Source of the DNA: Chrysomallon squamiferum
Taxonomy: Eukaryota; Animalia; Mollusca
Reading direction: 5' to 3'
Assembly: GCA_012295275.1 (NCBI GenBank)
Contig: CM022679.1
Span: forward strand, 1,612,001-1,676,000
Length of the DNA stretch: 64,000 nucleotides
The translations under genes and the position numbers were made by a program. Each line of letters starts with the position of its first letter. Within the stretch, counting starts at the first letter, position 1. Below are positions 25,458 to 39,400 of this stretch, one piece after another. The notes under the pieces were generated by a model. It saw nothing but the letters and a program-made list of their open reading frames with translations, searched no databases and had not been told where the DNA came from.

Positions 25458-28059
25458 AAGAGGTTATTTTCTGGGCTTAAACATGTTAATCTTACGCAGT
25501 AATTTTATAATAAAATTCTGTGGTTTAATAAACAACATAATATTAATAAAACAAAAATGTTAAACAAAAAATTCTGTTTTAATATTTACCCATTCAGTAA
25601 TATCAGTTTTAACTCTGCTTTTACTTAATTTTTTGGGGTTTTTTTTTAGGTTTTTTTTTTTTTTTTTAAACCTATACTGTAGAATATCCTTTTATTATTA
25701 TTATTTTTTTTTTTTTTTTTATATATATATATCATTCAGCCACTGTTTTTACTTAAATTCTATTATATAAATATTTATTGTCAGGAAAGTACAATTCAGC
25801 CTTTGGAGGAGGAAGTCAGTATGCGTACTACCATGAAGAGGATGAAACAACGTTCCAGCTGGTTGACAGCACAAAGGTGCAGCGGCCGATGTATCAGCGA
25901 GGTCGACGACTCTTTCAGCAGGTAACAATTCTTCATAACAAGTCAGCGAATGTCCAGTTTGTCTTTTTTATTACATGTAAAGGTTTAATTAGATGGTGTA
26001 TTAAAAGTTTATTTTAAGAAATTTTGAACTGTAACAAACTGGTTGTAGTCAGTTTCTAATCGGGTGTATTCGCAGTAGTGGATGTCGGTGATGCAAGATG
26101 TAAAAACTGAACAGGTTTATTTTCAGAACAAACAGCGGAGAGAACGGGAACGAAGACAGCAGAATCAGGCCAGCATGCAGGTGTTGTCGAAGACGCAGAA
26201 GAACAGGGAGAGGTAAATGTCACACTCGTTGTAGCTGTTTTTTAATTCACCTACATCTTTGTTGTGAGTTGTTTGAGAATAACATATCACCGAAATCAAA
26301 TATTTAAAATACTGTATCAGACTTGATTAAAATACTTATCACTCGTACAGAATCAGTCCTAGTATAAAACTAGCTCCGAGTTGTGTACTGTCATTTGTGC
26401 TCTTCTGCCTTTCTGCTTGATAACATTTAGCAGTTTTGAGCAAAGTTTTATATGTCTTAGAAACAAATTATGATTGTTATAAGTAAAGATTTTTTACGTT
26501 TTGCAGTTTTCAGCTAATTTGTATTTGTCTTATGTTGGTTAGAAGCTGAGATTCTAAATGTTTTTAAATTTTACCAGAGACAGACAGAGGCTGCTGAAGA
26601 AATGGCAGAAACAGTTTGGTAAACAGATGCAAGAAAACCGTCAAAAGGTTATTTTTCAATCAGAATTTTTGCCTTTCTTTACACTTGCAAGGTTGGCTTT
26701 ACAAATACCTTAATAATGAAAACATTGTTTCATTTAAAAAATAAGGAAATAAATAAAACAAAAGTTGTAAACGTGTTCATAAATCTGGGTTTTTCTACCT
26801 TGTTTGTTTCTCTTAAGTTTATTTCAGATATACTGTGAAATTCTTTATAATATTAAAAATGAAATTTGGATAAACTCAGTTTGACTAAGTTCTTTTACAC
26901 ATAAATAATACAACTTAAAAACAGACGGGATGAGGATCAAATGATTTAAAAAAAAAAATTCTGCTTAGCCGTATGTGTCCTGAAATTTCAAATGTTTAGC
27001 CTTTGACCCTATTTTAATAGCAAAACAGTATATATTAGTAATATCAAGTCATTTGTCTTGAGAGGTAATCTATCTGTAATGACAATAGACATCTGATCCA
27101 GCTAACATTGTTTTGCATTTAGTTGCTACATTAAAACATTTCACTGCACCCATACAAGAATTGCAGATTGTGATGCAGTAGCAGACATTTGTTTTTTCCT
27201 ACTGTTAACCAGTGACTGTGATTGTGTTTCAGGTTCCAATCAAACATCGTGATGCCTCTGTCCAGATCAAAGATGACTGGAAGGTGGTGGAAGAGATGGA
27301 CTTTCCTCGCCTAACCAAACTAAATCTGCCTCAAATCGAGGAGAGCAAAGACATGTAAGTTTTAGTCCTGTTTGTTTTTATAAATAAATGATTTCTCAGA
27401 CCAGCACTTGCCATGAATAAAAGGTTTTGGGGTTAGCTTTGTTTGTCTGATCTCTAGGAGTGATTCCTGTTCACATACATTAGGGATATATCACATTCTG
27501 GCCAGCACTTTTCGACTAACACACAGACCATGGTATGTACTGACTTGTCTAAATCTGACAGTTGTTTAGAGTTTCTTCCTTGTTAAGTATTTCACTATTA
27601 TTCTGTTCTTGTTGCATTCTGTCAAGGAGCACTGTTGTGTGTGTAAAATATTTTAAATTTGTTACCAGAATCAAATGTGGTGCTATGGAGTATTACGACA
27701 AGAAGTATGACAGAGTCACAACCAAAAATGAAATGAAATTAAAACGAATCAACCGCATCTTCCACAAAGTGACCACAACCGATGACCCTATTATTCGACA
27801 GGTAACCATGGCAATAGTGTCTTAATCACAGTACGATTTTTTACCAGATATTTTCTAAATCATTTCTGTCATTTTAAAAGTACTTATAATAAATACAAAT
27901 TTGACATTTTTCCAACTGGATATTGCTAGTGTAAATTTTCAAGTTTAAAAAAAAAAATTAATTTTTTTTTTTATTAATCGTTTTATAACAAGGAACTGAT
28001 CTAAATGTAATTGCATGTCTAAACCAAATAAACACCATTATGCCTAAAGTCTTTGCCAA

Positions 28060-28102
<43 letters not shown>

Positions 28103-28635
28103 TTCAACTTTGTGAATGTTGATAAACTGAACACTTTCAGCTGGCTAAGACACAGGGTAACGTGTTCGCGACCGATGCTATCCTGGCCACGCTGATGTGC
28201 TGCACAAGGTCCACGTACTCCTGGGACGTCATCGTGCAGCGTGTCGGAAACAAACTCTTTTTTGACAAACGAGACGACTCCGAGTTTGACTTGCTCACTG
28301 TGAGCGAAACAGCAACTGAGCCTCCTCAGGAAGAGGGCAACAGCATCAACTCACCACGCAACCTTGCCCTGGAGGCCACCTTCATCAACCACAACTTCTC
28401 ACAGCAAGTTCTTAGAATGGTGAGTAGAAGAATGTTTGTTTTTGTTATACTTCAGATGTCGATTTCAGCAAATGCAAATTTTTTATTTACTTTATTTGTT
28501 TTATGGATTTATAATTTGCCTAGTAAATGATAATAAAAATTTAAAAAATATATCCACATGGTCCTGATTAACAATTTGGTTATAATGGCACAGTTCCAAA
28601 TATTTCTTTAATTTTAACATCTTTTGATTGGTGTT

Positions 28636-28667
<32 letters not shown>

Positions 28668-30535
28668 TTATGAACTTGCTGGTAAGTTTGGTGTTACAAA
28701 ACAAAAATTAATTTTTTTAGAAATTACACTTACTTTTACAAAGGTGATATAAACAGGACTTGCTATTAATAAAAGGTAAAAATGTGTTGTGCAGGGAGAA
28801 GAAAAGTTCACGTTTGAAAACAAGAATCCGTTCATTGTGTCTGACTCTGAGGCAGAAGTAGCATCAGTTGGTTACAGGTAAGTTCAGATTTTCTTTTTGT
28901 ATTTTATCTTTTAAATATTTTCTCTCTTTCCACCTTTGCCTGTCAGTATCAAACACATTTTCCCTTTTCTTTCTGCCCCATTTTCACTCAGCTTCTTTCT
29001 TTTTTTCTCTCTCTCTGTAGTAGTCATTTATTTTGATTAATTCTTTGTGTGCTGATGGCTGGTATGACCTCTCCTAGAGTAAGCCACAGACAATTCTTTT
29101 TTTTCTTCTTTTTTTTTTCTAATCTTAAAATCATAAATATAGGAAAGGTTTTACAAATGCAAAATCTGTAACAGCTCCAAAGAAAATGGCAAAAGAATTG
29201 AGATATTCAACAAAGAAAATCAACACATGATTTTTCATCCAGTTTGCCATTTTCTGACATTTTATGTTAGTGGACAAAATTGTGGAAAATATCTAAATGT
29301 TTTGCACAGTTTTGCCTGACATGTCAGAAAAAGTCAAACTGGATGACAGCTATGTATTGATACTCCTTGTTAAAAAACTAAATATATTACTAGAAAATGT
29401 GTGTGTGTTTTTCAGGTATCGGAAGTGGCAGCTAGGTAACGACATAACTTTGATAGCTCGATGTGAGCATGATTCTGTTATGGTTGGACCAAATGGAGAG
29501 CTGCAGTATATAAACATCAAGTCTCTCAATGAGTGGGACTCCCGAGTTAGTACCTGCTTGTATTTCAAAATAGCTTTTTCTTGTGGTGTACATTAAGATA
29601 CTGGTTGTTGTTGTTTTTTCTCAGTTTTCTGGTGGTATATTTAACTTAATACTGGTCCTTTTTTTAGTTTTCTGGTGGTGTAGACTGGAGAAGTAGATTA
29701 GATAATCAGAGGGGTGCTGTGTTGGCCACTGAACTGAAAAACAACAGTTGTAAACTCGCCAAGTGGACTGTGTGTGCATTGTTAGCTGAGTCAGATCAAC
29801 TCAAATTTGGGTGAGTTTGTTTTTTTATCGCATTTCTGTTTGTGTCTTGTAAAAAGATTCATAAATAATTTATTATTATCAGAAATTAATTTGATACACA
29901 TACACAAGACTGATGCATAATATATTTTCTAGAATTGTTCATTAATTTAATTTTTTTTTTTTTTCTTCTTTTTTTTTCTTTTTCTTTCTTTTTTTCATTT
30001 TTGAATTATTTGTTATATAGATGAAAAGAACCATTAATGATAACAAATTTAAGAGAAACTATTGAAAGTTGGTTAAATTTAAAAAAATATTGCCTTGGAA
30101 AATATCTTTTCAGAAGCAGTTGAAATATTAGCATATTTTCAATTATGGATTGTAAAAATTATTGGGAGGAGAAAAAAGAACTCATATTGCAGTTAGCAGT
30201 TTAAAATATTTTTTAATCTTCTTTCAAATACCTGGTGTTCGAATATTTTATTAATGTTTTGAATGTGCTATTACTGAATATACTGTTTATAATATACATA
30301 TTTTGCAATAAATAATTCTGTACAGTAATATTTTGTTATAAACACAACTGAATAAATACTACTTTCACAATAATTTTTTTTTTTTTTTCAATAAATAATA
30401 CTTTACAATGAAAAAATTGTGTTATAAAAATACTACTTAGTGTATACTTGTTTTGTGATAAATAACATTTTATAATGAATATTTTACACTATGTATATTG
30501 TGTAATAAATAAAATTTTATAGTAAATATTTTACA

Positions 30536-30576
<41 letters not shown>

Positions 30577-31734
30577 TCTGTGATAAACAAAATTTCAGTT
30601 ACGTGTCTCGTGTACACTACAAAGACTCTGCTAAACATGTGATACTGGGAACTCAGCAGTTCAAACCAATCGAGTTCGCTAGTCAGATAAACCTCAACAT
30701 GGACAACGCCTGGGGCATCCTGCGCTGTATCATTGACACCTGTATGAAACTGAAGGAAGGAAAATACCTCATCATGAAAGACCCCAATAAGGTGATTACA
30801 GAATCATCCTAAAATTTTACTGTTCTTTTATTGTTTCCAGTTATAAACATCGGTATCAGTATGCCTGTTTAATGAAATACAGAAATCGGCATTTGTACTG
30901 TACAAAAAATGTGCTATCTATAATTAACACACAGGTTTTTTTTCTTCATTTTAATGGTGAACAATAAATAACCAAATGACATCCAATCAGTGACACTTAT
31001 AAATTAGATTTCAGTGCAAAATGATTTAAAAATATTCTCCAAGTGTTTAATGTTTTATTTTATTATTAATATCTACACCATATTTATTTATTGTTTTATT
31101 TTATTATTAATATCAACAATATATTTTACTTTAGTAGTTATAATATACTTTTGACAGCATATTTTATTTATGTTTTTATTTTTAGCCTGTTATTCGTATC
31201 TATGATATACCTGACAACACTTTCGAGTCTGACGAGGATGAAGATTCATCATCTTCAGATGATGATGATGACAGTGACACTGAAGGTAACAGTTTATCAG
31301 TTGTAATTCAGTAGATGAAAATCCTCATGATTATTCATTTTCATAGTAAATAGAAACCTTGATATAAAACATTAAAAGTTAAATCAGTTCAAACCAAGCA
31401 TTGGTAAACTTACAACTGAAGTACATGTAAAGTGATATCAGCTCGTGATGACTTGTGAATTATTATTTTTTTTAATTTCTTTTTTTTCCCTTTGCATTAT
31501 CTTTATTACTTATGGGAAATTTGTTAATGTTAAAAATGACAATGTATTATAGTTGTCTATTTATTTTTTTCAAATCTTCACTGGACTTTATAATATAATA
31601 AATCTTAACAGTCAGTCATTAATGAATAACATAATTTAGTGTTCTTTTAAAATCATGAATAATATTCTTTTTGAAAATATCTCTTAAAATTCATCCACTA
31701 ATATTTTTATATTTCAGAAGAACTGGACAAGTAG
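24038..31734 (+). CDS. EIF3D: Eukaryotic translation initiation factor 3 subunit D
   Basis: Exons: 24038-24160 ([31 protein letters not shown]), 25185-25230, 25785-25921 ([17 protein letters not shown]), 26127-26212, 26578-26647, 27233-27354, 27669-27801 ([13 protein letters not shown]), 28141-28419 ([28 protein letters not shown]), 28795-28877, 29416-29545, 29668-29810 ([14 protein letters not shown]), 30599-30791, 31186-31285 (acidic tail), 31718-31734 (stop TAG). All are GT-AG and phase-consistent. Confidence 0.97.
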
Positions 31735-31982
31735 TGATCACGTTTTGGGGGTGCTGGAGGCTGCAATAATTTCAAATGTCTTTTTCAGGATAGACTTACA
31801 GTTGTGAAACAAAACAAAAATTAAAAGACTTTAAATTCTTTTTAATAATATATATTTTTTTTCCTTCATTGTTCAGAAATGTTTTTAAAACAGATATTTT
31901 CTTCTGACATTAAAATTGTAACATATTTCTTTGAAATTATCTTGCGATTTTTGTGTATTAATATAGGTATCACAGGGGAGGT

Positions 31983-31988
31983 AATAAA
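31983..31988 (+). terminator. Candidate eIF3d polyadenylation signal
   Basis: AATAAA about 250 nt after the stop codon, followed by TG/T-rich sequence. Confidence 0.45.
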
Positions 31989-33364
31989 GTTTATGAAATA
32001 AATCTGTGTTTTTAGTATTTTTAATTACGTTTGAATCACATTGCAGTGTGTTCAGTGTGTCGTATCACCTGGCCTTAACCCTCCAAAAACAAAATTAATA
32101 ATAAATAAAAATGTAAAGCAGGTAATTAAACATGAATGAAGATTTACTACTAAGTATTTGTTGAGCTTACAACGCATTGTATAAATTCATATACAGGTTT
32201 ACGAATCACATCTAAAACCTCAAATATTCCCTTTGAAACACACAATTTAATATATTGTTAAGAAATAAAAATGAGAAATAAAATAATCGAAGACAAAAAA
32301 ACATTCTGAAGCGTACAAATTAATAATAAAATGTACTGTTGTATTTTACATTTTCATTTAGTTTTCTGAATGTTATACCTAGATGTCCTGGCTCATTTCA
32401 GATTTCAACAATGCTAAGAAGCAATAGTAAAATTGATTATAATCAAGAAAGTAGTTCCAATGATTGATTTTATTAGGAGTCATGTGTATGTTCGTATGTA
32501 AATGGCGTTGACGCCAAGTACGATTGGTCACGTGATCCAGTTAGTGAAATGACGGCTGATAGTTTGATTTTAATACAGAATATGTTTAGCTTCTCAAAAG
32601 CGACTGTTTTTGGTCCGCCATGATGTTTTGATCTAATTTTACTGACTTTTAAACGCTAGATTTATTTTCTGTCTGTGGTATTATATGAATAAAAACTGCT
32701 AAAATGGAAAATCTGAAGTCTTATCTTTGTGTTTATTGCACGAATGTTACATCGAACTGTAAAAAAAATATATATATATATAATAAATAAATAAATAAAT
32801 AAATAAATAAAAGGAAAAGAAAAACGATTTTAATTTCAGTCGTAAGTGCTTTGGAGTAGTCATCACCTCGCTTCTACAACCGGTATCGCGAATATCGTTC
32901 ATGAACTACTTTTTTCCGCATTGAAAGAGACTTTCAAAAGTCAACTTATTAAATCTTATCCAAATGAAATTTCGCTTCTGCTCCTTTTTCATCCACATCA
33001 CCCAACACTATAGGCTAAATTTTTCTAAGTGCTGTTGGAATCAACCTTGTATTTCAGAAAAAAATACATAATAATACTATAGCTGGGAATTCTGTCAAAT
33101 TTAATCCTTAATTGTGGAATCTGGACAACACAATTCATTATACTTAAATTTGTAATAGATTTATGATGTTAAGATCGTGCAGGAATGACTCTTGTTTATT
33201 TTTCCTTCACACACATTCGTGATCTCTTTAATTTTAATTTTGTAAACATTTTATACATTATACAGTCCTACTAAATGCTCGCGCAAAATAAAGGGAAAAA
33301 AAACAAACAATAATAATAATAATAATAATAAGTCCTGCCAAAAAAATAAAATTAAAATTAAAAT

Positions 33365-33409
<45 letters not shown>

Positions 33410-34189
33410 TAATCATAATCATAAAACAAACAACCGATATGTTTTCGTAGTTTGATCATTTATGATAAATAATATAAAATTATCTTCTGTTAAATCTAAC
33501 ATAAATAACAGTGTTAATCTTGGTGCACATTTAAAAAAACCAAAACAAATCAAACAGTTACACACTTTACGCTGAGTGGATGAAAAAAAAACAATAAACA
33601 ATTAGGTTAACATCCTTGTCACGTCTGGCTTTGAAATTCGAACAACTGCAATAAGGAAGAAAAAGCAAGTGTGACATTACATCACAAATTGTTGTAGTTA
33701 AACGCTGGCAGACTTCAGTTCAGACGAGGATATCACAGAATGCACGTAAGTAATCATATAGATTAAAAACTAAACAAAAATATATAAAAATGATTGAAAA
33801 TCATTCAATTAATTTTTGAAATTGAAAGTTAGCATTAAGAAACTTTGTATATATATATATATGTAAATAATATTCGAGTATCTGTCAAACTGTTATGTTA
33901 TTGTTATTGAGAGACATTAACTTTAAATGATGTTTAATTATTTAAGAACAATTTTTTTTATCACTTTGTAACTTTTCAAATGTGAAATTGACGGTCATAA
34001 ATGATAACAATGTTTAAAAAACAAAACAAAAAACAAAAAAAAAACCCCAAAACAAACAACAGCATAATAATGATAATAATAATAACAATAATAATAATAA
34101 TAATAAATAAATAAATAAATAAAATTTTTTATGAGGTTAAGAATGAATGAAATGGAATGAATTAGCAAAGTTTTAAAATGTAAATGCTA

Positions 34190-35258
34190 CATAACGGAGA
34201 AGGGGATAACTGTGCCATTTTCCAGTTAAGTCGACGTGAAGTTCTGGTATCAACATCTCCACAAAATGAGCCTCAAAGAGAAGGATCTTCTTCTTATACA
34301 GGGGCAATATTCACCACACAGAATTTCTCACAATAGTGTAGTCTGTGAGGGGAGGGCTGAAAATGTTTTGTAATGGGGTAAGTTGTGCCAGTCTGGGGTA
34401 AGATGTGCTAGAAATGGAAAAGGCAATAACACGTACATTAATTATAACACATTTTTGTTTTACTGCATAATAAAAACATTTCAGCAGTTATAGCTAAAAC
34501 CCTCTTACAACTCAACTATAACTTTTACCAAGACTGATACAAAACTTATACTAATCATCCCAGAAACGACTGTAAATATGAATGACTGTAGAATATTCTA
34601 ACCTATTTTTACACATGCTATAATATATGGGTAATAATGCTCTAATGTATCTGAGGTATATTTAAACACATGGGAATCTGTATAGAATACTGATATGATT
34701 CTACATGTATTCTAAATCCAGTCTACAGACTAATGTCATTACGTTTACTAGTAAACAAATCCAAAATATACATGTTGTTCACATTTCTTTATGTCGGCGT
34801 ACGTGTGCAGGAGGCGAGTCTGAAGGTAACTTTGCCGTTTTTGTTAAGGCTGCATGTGACAACAAGTTTGCAAGATCTTCATTTAGCTGCTCCAACAATC
34901 TCTGAATTGGAAAGTTTCGTTTTAGCATTTTTATTCCTGGTTAATTAGTGCATCCTTACGTGTGAAAAGAACAGGATAAAATAACATAGCTACCTAACTA
35001 GTTATCAAACACCACATATAATTTCAGGATAATCTCTACAGTGAGTACAAAGAAAATTCACGAATCTGTCTGCCTGAGATCGACGTTAGAATTCATACCT
35101 TTCTTCAGAGCACCTTTGTTCTTTAGAAAATCACATATCCACTACATCGATTAGAAATCTATACTTAAAATAATCAACAGGTTTCAGAACCTTTCAGCCA
35201 TATCCACTCACAAAACATGGAGATTGGGTGACACAACTTACCACCTCCTTCCCTGTCT
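34190..35258. mobile_element. Degenerate DNA-transposon remnant with imperfect inverted ends
   Basis: ggggtaagttgtgcca (~34376) and ggggtaagatgtgcta (~34395), with a weaker copy at ~34202, are inverse complements of tgacacaacttaccac (~35229). The interior is higher-complexity but has no intact ORF. Confidence 0.4.
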
Positions 35259-35781
35259 GGTTTCTTCTTTCGAATTATTTCATTTGTCTATTTCACTCTT
35301 CTCTTGCAGCTAAATAATAATAAGAAATGTTTTTTTCTTTTCAAATGTCAAAGAGAAATAGTGTTACACTCTGAACAGAGGAATTCTGTAATCACTTTTT
35401 ATTTTTTATTTATTTATTTATTTATGCACCTCTAGAATTGTACAAAATATAGTCACAAAAAAGGAAAAAAAAACACAAAAAAACACGAAAGTAAATAGTA
35501 AAGAAAAGAAGAATTAAAAGGCAACATACGTACATTTTTATTTTTTATTTATTATGAGCAAGAAACAAAAGTTTTATTCTTATAACTAAAACAGTTAATT
35601 AATTTATTTTTTTGACTGATATTTCTTATTTTATTTATTTATTATTTTTATCTATGTAAGAGTTAGGACAAATTTGCATGTCATTTACATGGCAGAATTA
35701 ATGTTCAACACGTCAAAATGAAAAAAAACAAAAACAAAAAAAACACGCTCCATTTCTATTTAGCGCATGTTCAGTTTGTTC

Positions 35782-35785
<4 letters not shown>

Positions 35786-35830
<45 letters not shown>
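35786..35830. repeat. (AC)n microsatellite
   Basis: Seen directly. Confidence 0.95.
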
Positions 35831-35838
<8 letters not shown>

Positions 35839-35983
35839 CTGAAACCGTCTAGATTATGAAATTTTCAAACGACTCTCAACTTACGTCTGACGGAGTTTGT
35901 AATTTCAGTTTCAAGCGGCGGAAATCTCTCGGAAATTTATCGGAAGTGAATAACATTTGTTGTTCTTTTTAATGTTTGTGAGT
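35831..35983 (+). promoter_or_regulatory. Putative promoter and non-coding first exon of the adhesion GPCR
   Basis: CpG-rich patch with GAAACTGAAAC (35835), TTTCAGTTTC (35903) and CGGAAGTG (35941), ending in a donor gtgagt at 35978. The ATG exon is preceded by an acceptor (tttcag, ~36431). Confidence 0.45.
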
Positions 35984-36460
35984 GTGTTTTAGTTATATGC
36001 AGTAGAAAAAAAGTTAATTAGATAAATTTCTATATGTTCTGTCACTGACCAAAAAAATAATATTTTGGGGACGGCAGTGAATCACTTGGATAAATTACTT
36101 CTTTGATATTTAATCGCAGGTTTAGATCATATAAATTATTATTATTATGATTATTATTATTTTTATTATTTTTATTTTTATTTTTTTTTTAAGAAAAGAA
36201 ATCATAATAAATAAAATGAATGAATAAATAAATTGATTGTTGTTATTTTAAAACTTTTGTTTCTGACTTGAGAAATAAAATAAATTTAACTTGATGTCTG
36301 TCACTTGGCTGAAATCAGCAAATATTTTATCAAACAGTTTAAAAAAAATAAAATAAAAAAAATTAAAAAATTATATATATATAATTTTTATTTTTTTTAT
36401 TTTTTATTTTATGTTAAAACTAATATTTCAGTATCTGAAGAGTTATTCAGAAATCGGACA

Positions 36461-39400
36461 ATGGAAACATCAAAGTTTCTTATCATTTTGTGTATTTTCC
36501 TCTCACTGCACACACAAAGTACCACAGCATTTTCCAACTGGATTGAAGATATGAAACAAGCTTCAGAGGATGGTAAATATTAACTTGAACAACAGTTTAC
36601 AAATCTACAGTCCAGATTTCATTAGAATCTATTTAACTGTCATATAAAGCCAATGAACAACTGTTAATTTAAAATGGTGGGGACAAATTGTTCACTGCTG
36701 AAGAAAAGCTATGAGAGAAACTCATATTACTTCATGACTTTTGAACTGTGTATTAATTTGTATATTTGTATAACTTTTCATATTTTATATTTTATGTATA
36801 TATATTAAGTCTTTGTCCAGAAAACTAAAACTTTTGCTAAACTGTGGACTCCAGTTTGCCAGATAACTGTACTAGTATCTACATCCTCCAAACATACTCA
36901 GTGTTTTAATTTGTTTTATAAAACTTGAGATTTCATACCCACGTTTATTTTTGTTTAAACCAAACATTTGAGTAAATAATTATATTATATGAGATTTCAA
37001 GGTCAAATTTATATTTCTTCAAACCAAATATTTAAGTAAATAATTATATTATCTTATAATTTATTTATTGTCTGAACTGGTTTTATTTAATTATTCATAT
37101 TCTTCTTAATTACGTTCTTGTTGATATATTTAATGACTTTCTTCATTTTTATTAGTATTACTATTTCAGAGAATAAAATAGGAAACATTTCACTAAGTCC
37201 AGTGTCTGTGACAGTGTGGGAAGGTGAACCGGTACACTTTCTTTGTACAGTGAATGGTCAGTTCCCAGCAAGTGCTGATGATGTCAATGTAACATGGAGT
37301 GTAACATCTCTAAATAACAGAGGATTTCAGACTTACATTTCAAAATCCTTATTTCAAGTGAACAGTTCACTCAACTTTACACAAACACAAACAAACCATA
37401 CAGGTAAATATAATGAGATTATGTTTATACAAAACACCTGAAACTCATAATAACTAAACGATTGATTAAGAATTAAATTTTTTTTTTTTAAAAGTGCTAA
37501 AACAACTTATAATACTTTCTGTTGCATCTGCAGCACTTATTAGTTTATATTTCAAATTCTAAAATTTGATTTCAGGAAATGTTTCATGTTCTGTGGAGTC
37601 CAATAATCAAATATATGAAGCTATAGCCAAGTTAAATGTTGTGTTAAAACCATCAGTAGATCTTACTCCTGAGCACATTGATGTGGAGAAGTTTGAAAAC
37701 ACAGTTTTGAAATGTTACATAAGAAACATGGAACAACTCAACAACATCAAAGTGACATGGTGCAGGGACGGAACTGTCATGACACAGCTAAACAATGGTT
37801 CCTCTAAATCTAAGTATTCAGGTGATGTCATGCAGTAAAAATTAGAAATAAAATTATATTTCAGAAATCATAATTATTAATATTTACACAGAATTTTAAA
37901 TTATTAATCCATTCAGTACTGGAGATGACAGTATGTAATATGCAAAACCCAGTTTCCATGTTTGTAGTCCGGTGGCAGGGACCGATAAGCGTGCATTGCG
38001 GTCCGTAGAAAGTTTTTTTGCTGTTTCCATACCTCCGAGATGTGCTCTTTAAGAATCTGAATGATGCCACTCTGTCATCCTTGGGCAATCCACACAATAT
38101 GCAAATTAAGGCCGCCATTACTGAAAATCTTGTTTTCGTCAATATCTCAGTAACTATGCATGTTTTGAGGGGTAAGCCATTTCAGTCAAGAACACACCAA
38201 TATTTTGTGCTGAATAGGCATATTAAGGCCGCCATTACTGAAAATCTCCTTTTCGTCAATATCTCAATAACTACACATGGTATCAAAATAATTTTGGTGT
38301 CTATACACATGATTTAAAGAATCAGATGAAACCATTACAGTATTGATCACACCAATATTTTCTGCAAAATATGCAACAATCAACTTCAGTGTATATCCGA
38401 GTCGTTACAGAACATCCCCTTTACTTATGCTGATGCATGTTCCCATTCCCTTAAACAAGTCACTTTCAACAACATTGTCACAGTCATCAACCCGTTGGGT
38501 CTGCTCATTCCGGCAGTATGCTTCTCCGTGACATCCACAAAACATTGTGCATGGCAAGTGAGCTGTATAGCATCCACACATTGCTGTCGAACAGGGTATA
38601 TCCACACCTTATCATTTCCAGCACCTCCGGTGGAGCAACACTAATGTTTGGTTGCAATGTTACTGGGATCAAGCATCTACTGCGTTCGTCACGTTCGCAT
38701 CCGAACTCGACAGGATCTAATGCTGGAGTTTCTGAGTTGAGAGCAGATTTCCAAATGGCAGTCTGAATGTGCGCCCGCTTTACGTTCTCTTCGAATGCCT
38801 CTTTAGAAGGTGGAAGTGACTTAAGCTCTCGAGCCTTTGTCATACTTTTTCTACCCATCCTTCGCGACCAGACTTCTCCACGAACGTCAGACATGTTCGA
38901 TGTCACCAAGCTTTTGACCCCGTAGCAGGCAGCCATGAATGTTGTCGCTTCTTCAGTGATGTCACCTATGTCCTCAGATAATACGCCCAATTTGAGCAGT
39001 TCTACACCACTCTTAAGGACTTTGCTGATGGTGCTTTTTCCTACTCCGAAGCACTTAGCCAGAGTGTCACAGCCTGAGAGGGCATAGGCGGCTGGCAGTT
39101 GTGAAAGCAAGTGTCCATGTTCATTTGCAGTTGCCCCAGTGTCTATAGTAGTTCGTTCAGCACTTGGTCCTTCCATTGTAAGACGACAGGTCAGGTTCAA
39201 CTTTGCGTAGAAGTGCAGCAGGAGGACAAAAACGTCTGTGTCCTCACATACGATGTTGATTCTTTTCACGCCACTTTCAGCTGCCTTAACCATCTGCTCA
39301 TTAGTAACAATGTTTCCGATAAGAGCAGCTGGTAAGTTGTGGTCCAACGTTGTAGAAAGCTTTGATAGCAAGGATAACAAAGTGGAACTGACACAGTCAA

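Noticed and set aside
26925-26985. C/D-box snoRNA-like segment (ATGAGGA...CTGA) in an eIF3d intron
   Set aside because: The C box is imperfect, there is no terminal stem, it contains a poly-A run, and no rRNA complement was recognisable.
37861-38317. ORFs at the transposon ends (also 40381-40665)
   Set aside because: They are mirror-image translations of the inverted repeats, not genes.
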